NCBI RefSeq assembly: GCF_004010195.1 | Contig: NC_057711.1 | Coordinates: 75,387,764 to 75,451,763 of the forward strand | Length of the DNA stretch: 64,000 nt | Source: Chiloscyllium plagiosum | Taxonomy: Eukaryota | Direction: 5' to 3' | Part shown: positions 60,918 through 64,000 of the stretch, in pieces | How the letters are laid out: every line of letters starts with the position of its first letter | How positions within the stretch are numbered: the stretch's first letter is position 1 | Notes under the pieces: generated by a model | Seen by the model: only the letters and a program-made list of their open reading frames with translations | What the model was told of the DNA's origin: nothing | Databases searched by the model: none | Program-made: the position numbers and the translations under genes

Positions 60918-61650
60918 AAATGAAGGGACTGGGGGCATTCTAGCGAAGTTTGCCGATGATACAAAGTTAGGTGGACAGGCAGGTAGTACTGAGGAAGTGG
61001 GGAGGCTGCAGAAGGATCTAGACAGTTTGGAGGAGTGGTCCAGGAAATGGCTGATGGAATTCAATGTGAGCAAATGCGAGGTCTTGCACTTTGGAAATAA
61101 GAATACAAGCATGGATTACTTTCTAAACGGTGAGAAAATTCGTAAAGCCAAAGTACAGAGAGATCTGGGAGTGCTAGTTGAGGATTCTCTAAAGGTAAAC
61201 ATGCAGGTTGAGTCCGTGATTAAGAAAGCGAATGCAATGTTGCCAATTATCTCAAGNNNNNNNNNNNNNNNNNNNNNNNNNNNNNNNNNNNNNNNNNNNN
61301 NNNNNNNNNNNNNNNNNNNNNNNNNNNACGCTAGGAAATTGTTTCCGTTAGGTGAGGAGACTAGGACCCGTGGACACAGCCTTAGAATTAGAGGGGGTAA
61401 ATTCAGAACAGAAATGCGGAGACATTTCTTCAGCCAGAGAGTGGTGGGCCAGTACTACCTGGAGGCTGGGACGCTAAATCTCTTCAAGGTAGAAATTGAT
61501 AAATTCTTGATGTCACAAGGAATTAAGGGCTACGGGGAGAATGCGGGTAAGTGGAGTTGAAATGCCCATCAGCCATGATTGAATGGCAGAGTGGACTCGA
61601 TGGGCCGAATGGCCTTACTTCCGCTCCTATGTCTTCTGGTCTTATGGTCT
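60918..61650 (+). mobile_element. Young CR1 LINE 3' portion with gap 61257-61327
   Basis: Reads LAKFADDTKLGG..LQKDLDSLEEWSRKWLMEFNVSKCEVLHFG. It stays in the same orientation on both sides of the gap. The tail is CTTCTGGTCTTATGGTCT. Confidence 0.95.
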
Positions 61651-62182
61651 AAAAAGATGGGGGAGCTGTATTTTTGGGTAAATTCCAGACCAGACAGGCC
61701 GGTACCTTTTTAAGATCGTTACATGACATCACAACATTTGATATAAAAGGTACCTGCTTGCCTTCAGTCATTCTGTGTAATGAAGTCAATGCAGTCAATC
61801 GATTAAGTGTAACCTACAGTAACTTCAGTAGGCGTCGAAACTTGACTGTGTATAAGTCTGTGATACTACAGCCTTGTAAATACTTACTGTTACAAATAAA
61901 CTTAGATATCAGAGTCAAAAGAACCCAACTGTTTGTGGTATATATAGCAAACCACAAACAGAATCAATGCCCACATATATCTTGAGAGAATGTAGAACAA
62001 ATTGAACTTCTGAAGTTTAATTTCTTCAGATGTTAATTTTCATTTTAAATACAATTTGAGTATGCACGGTTGTTTGGATATTTTTATTTCTTTTCATTTT
62101 GCTTTCTTTTAAATTCAATCTTAGTATCTGATCCTTTAACAATTCTATTTCACCTTCCTTCTCCCCCACAATTATTTTTCAA

Positions 62183-64000
62183 TCTTTAAATTTTCATGAG
62201 TCAAGGAGATAGATCATTGGTTCTGCCATTGACAGAGTACCAAGTGTCCCACTGATCTTGATCAGCTGCACTCCCAGTAAATTATGCCACAAAACATTGA
62301 GTTGCAGGATGCAAATGAAAGTCTTGGCAATGGGACACACCACCAAATGCCTTTCTCCAGAAATATCTGTCCCAAATTGGATACTGGTTAACATGTGATC
62401 TACAAGAGCTAACTTCCATAGAATCACAGCTATATAATTGTTACATTAGTTGCTAAAACTGTTAACTTTTTTTAAAAAAAAGACTGCCAATTGTAGTGGC
62501 AGTTAAAACTCAAAACTGATCAGTCGATTTTTTTTTGTCAGATAAGATTAATAAGGGATGTTAAACTAAGATTTCAGGTGCACATTAGTCTTGATCGGAC
62601 TGAGAAGATGAGGAGGCTTGAGAAGCTGAAGAACCTACTCCTGTTTCTCTGCTAAAATTGCACCTCATGGTTTATCCTCCAGCAGTTGCTACAATTTTGG
62701 TATTCCTAGCACCTACTGGCTGGAAGGTGTTGATCGTGTTAAATTTTGTTGTAAGTGTCACTGAGGTGTATGAAAAGAATTCTCACAGCACTCCCTCAGA
62801 AAAGTATAGTGGGGGAGGGATTGTGATTTAAAACATCTCCCCCTTTCTGTGATGGATCTGAAGCGACATTTTGATGGAGACGTTTAGAAAAGCTGACTCC
62901 ATGAGGATTTCTTGGAAATCATGATGATGACTCTCTTTTAATTAGCAGCTGAAGATCAAATCCATCTGTTTGGCTGTTATTTGGAGGGATATAAAATGTT
63001 AATGGTTTCATACAAATTGATGAGACAGGGCTAACTAGGATAGCTGGCTAGTTAGGGAATTGTGGAATCTGGATCTGTCATCAGACAGCATATTGCATAC
63101 ATCCAGATTTGAGTGCACTGGTGACAGGATGCATTCTAAGCATTTACAGAAAACCAGCAAGTTAATTCTTTCACTTGACTGCTGTCAGTGTTGTGATCTT
63201 ATGATTTGATTGATGCTATATTATTTACCTCAAATGCCAAATTATTAAAATTAGGACTATATTGTTCAATGACGCATCATATAGATTTCTACCAATTTTG
63301 ATGCAAAGGATCTCCATCTTCTGAATATTGCCCAAAATATAGTTCACAAACTGTTGCTTTCTCTCAACTACACTTGCCAGTACCCACCCTTCACATTGAG
63401 GGAAGTAAAAGCCTTTTCCATGGCAAGCTGTAGCAAAATATCTTCAAATGGTTGACATGGGGCAGCGAGTCCTTTTCAATGTTTGGAGATCCTTTGAATG
63501 TACACAAACTCAGTTGTTTTGATGCTACCATGCTGTTAATCCATTCTGTCGGAGTTGGCGCTTTGTTGACAGATTCCTTCTTTTCTAACTCTACCTTGTC
63601 TTACAGCTTGGAACTGAGGGCAACTGGAACTCTCCTTGCAGATGCTAAGTTATTCTCACACTCTCATCTACTTCAAGATAAAATTCACCAGGGAGACTTC
63701 CAAAAGCTGAAATAAGATAGATTAATGATTGTTTGGGATTTATTCATGTTAAAATGGCTTAGTGGCCTTTGAAATGCTGCAGTTCTCTTCTGAAAGATGC
63801 ATAGTTGACTCTGCAAGCTTTAGATTTGCTTCAGACAAGTTAGGTGGATTTTGTTTAACATCTATTATCTGGAATGCCAGATCTTCATTATTTCCATAGC
63901 TCTCAGCTTCATTCATCCCTGTTGATGAGCATAATTTTAAAAATTTATTCACAGGCTGAGGGTGTCACTAGTTGGGCCAGTATTTGTTGTCTGTCCTTAA
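62183..64000 (-). repeat. Right arm of the inverted duplication (continues beyond the window)
   Basis: Reverse complement of 58045-59867. The inner breakpoint is at TCTTTAAATTTTCATGAG (62183). Confidence 0.97.

Overview
This is repeat-dense eukaryotic non-coding DNA, almost certainly from a cartilaginous fish (shark). The basis is HE1-type tRNA SINEs, HER1/CR1 LINEs sharing their 3' tail, and SacSINE1-like DeuSINEs, all recognised by eye and not database-searched. I found no intact host protein-coding gene or convincing exon. Nearly all ORFs in the track are transposon fragments or their antisense shadows. Contents: many CR1 LINE copies, including a near-full-length one with a zinc-finger/esterase ORF1; four HE1 SINEs; DeuSINEs; an L1-clade 3' fragment; Rex1/Babar, Ty1/Copia, Ty3/Gypsy and Harbinger (Myb) remnants; and a possible Helitron helicase relic. 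The most striking layer is at least 10 Penelope-like element (PLE) pieces from several families, each carrying a minimal hammerhead-ribozyme motif. Two of them are TSD-flanked fold-back insertions, and many of the short pieces begin at the hammerhead. Structural highlights are a >=1.8 kb inverted duplication (~97-98% identity) running off the right edge, a duplicated LINE/flank junction, a candidate twin-priming 5' inversion of a CR1, and two template-switch hairpins. Three N-gaps all lie inside young CR1 copies.
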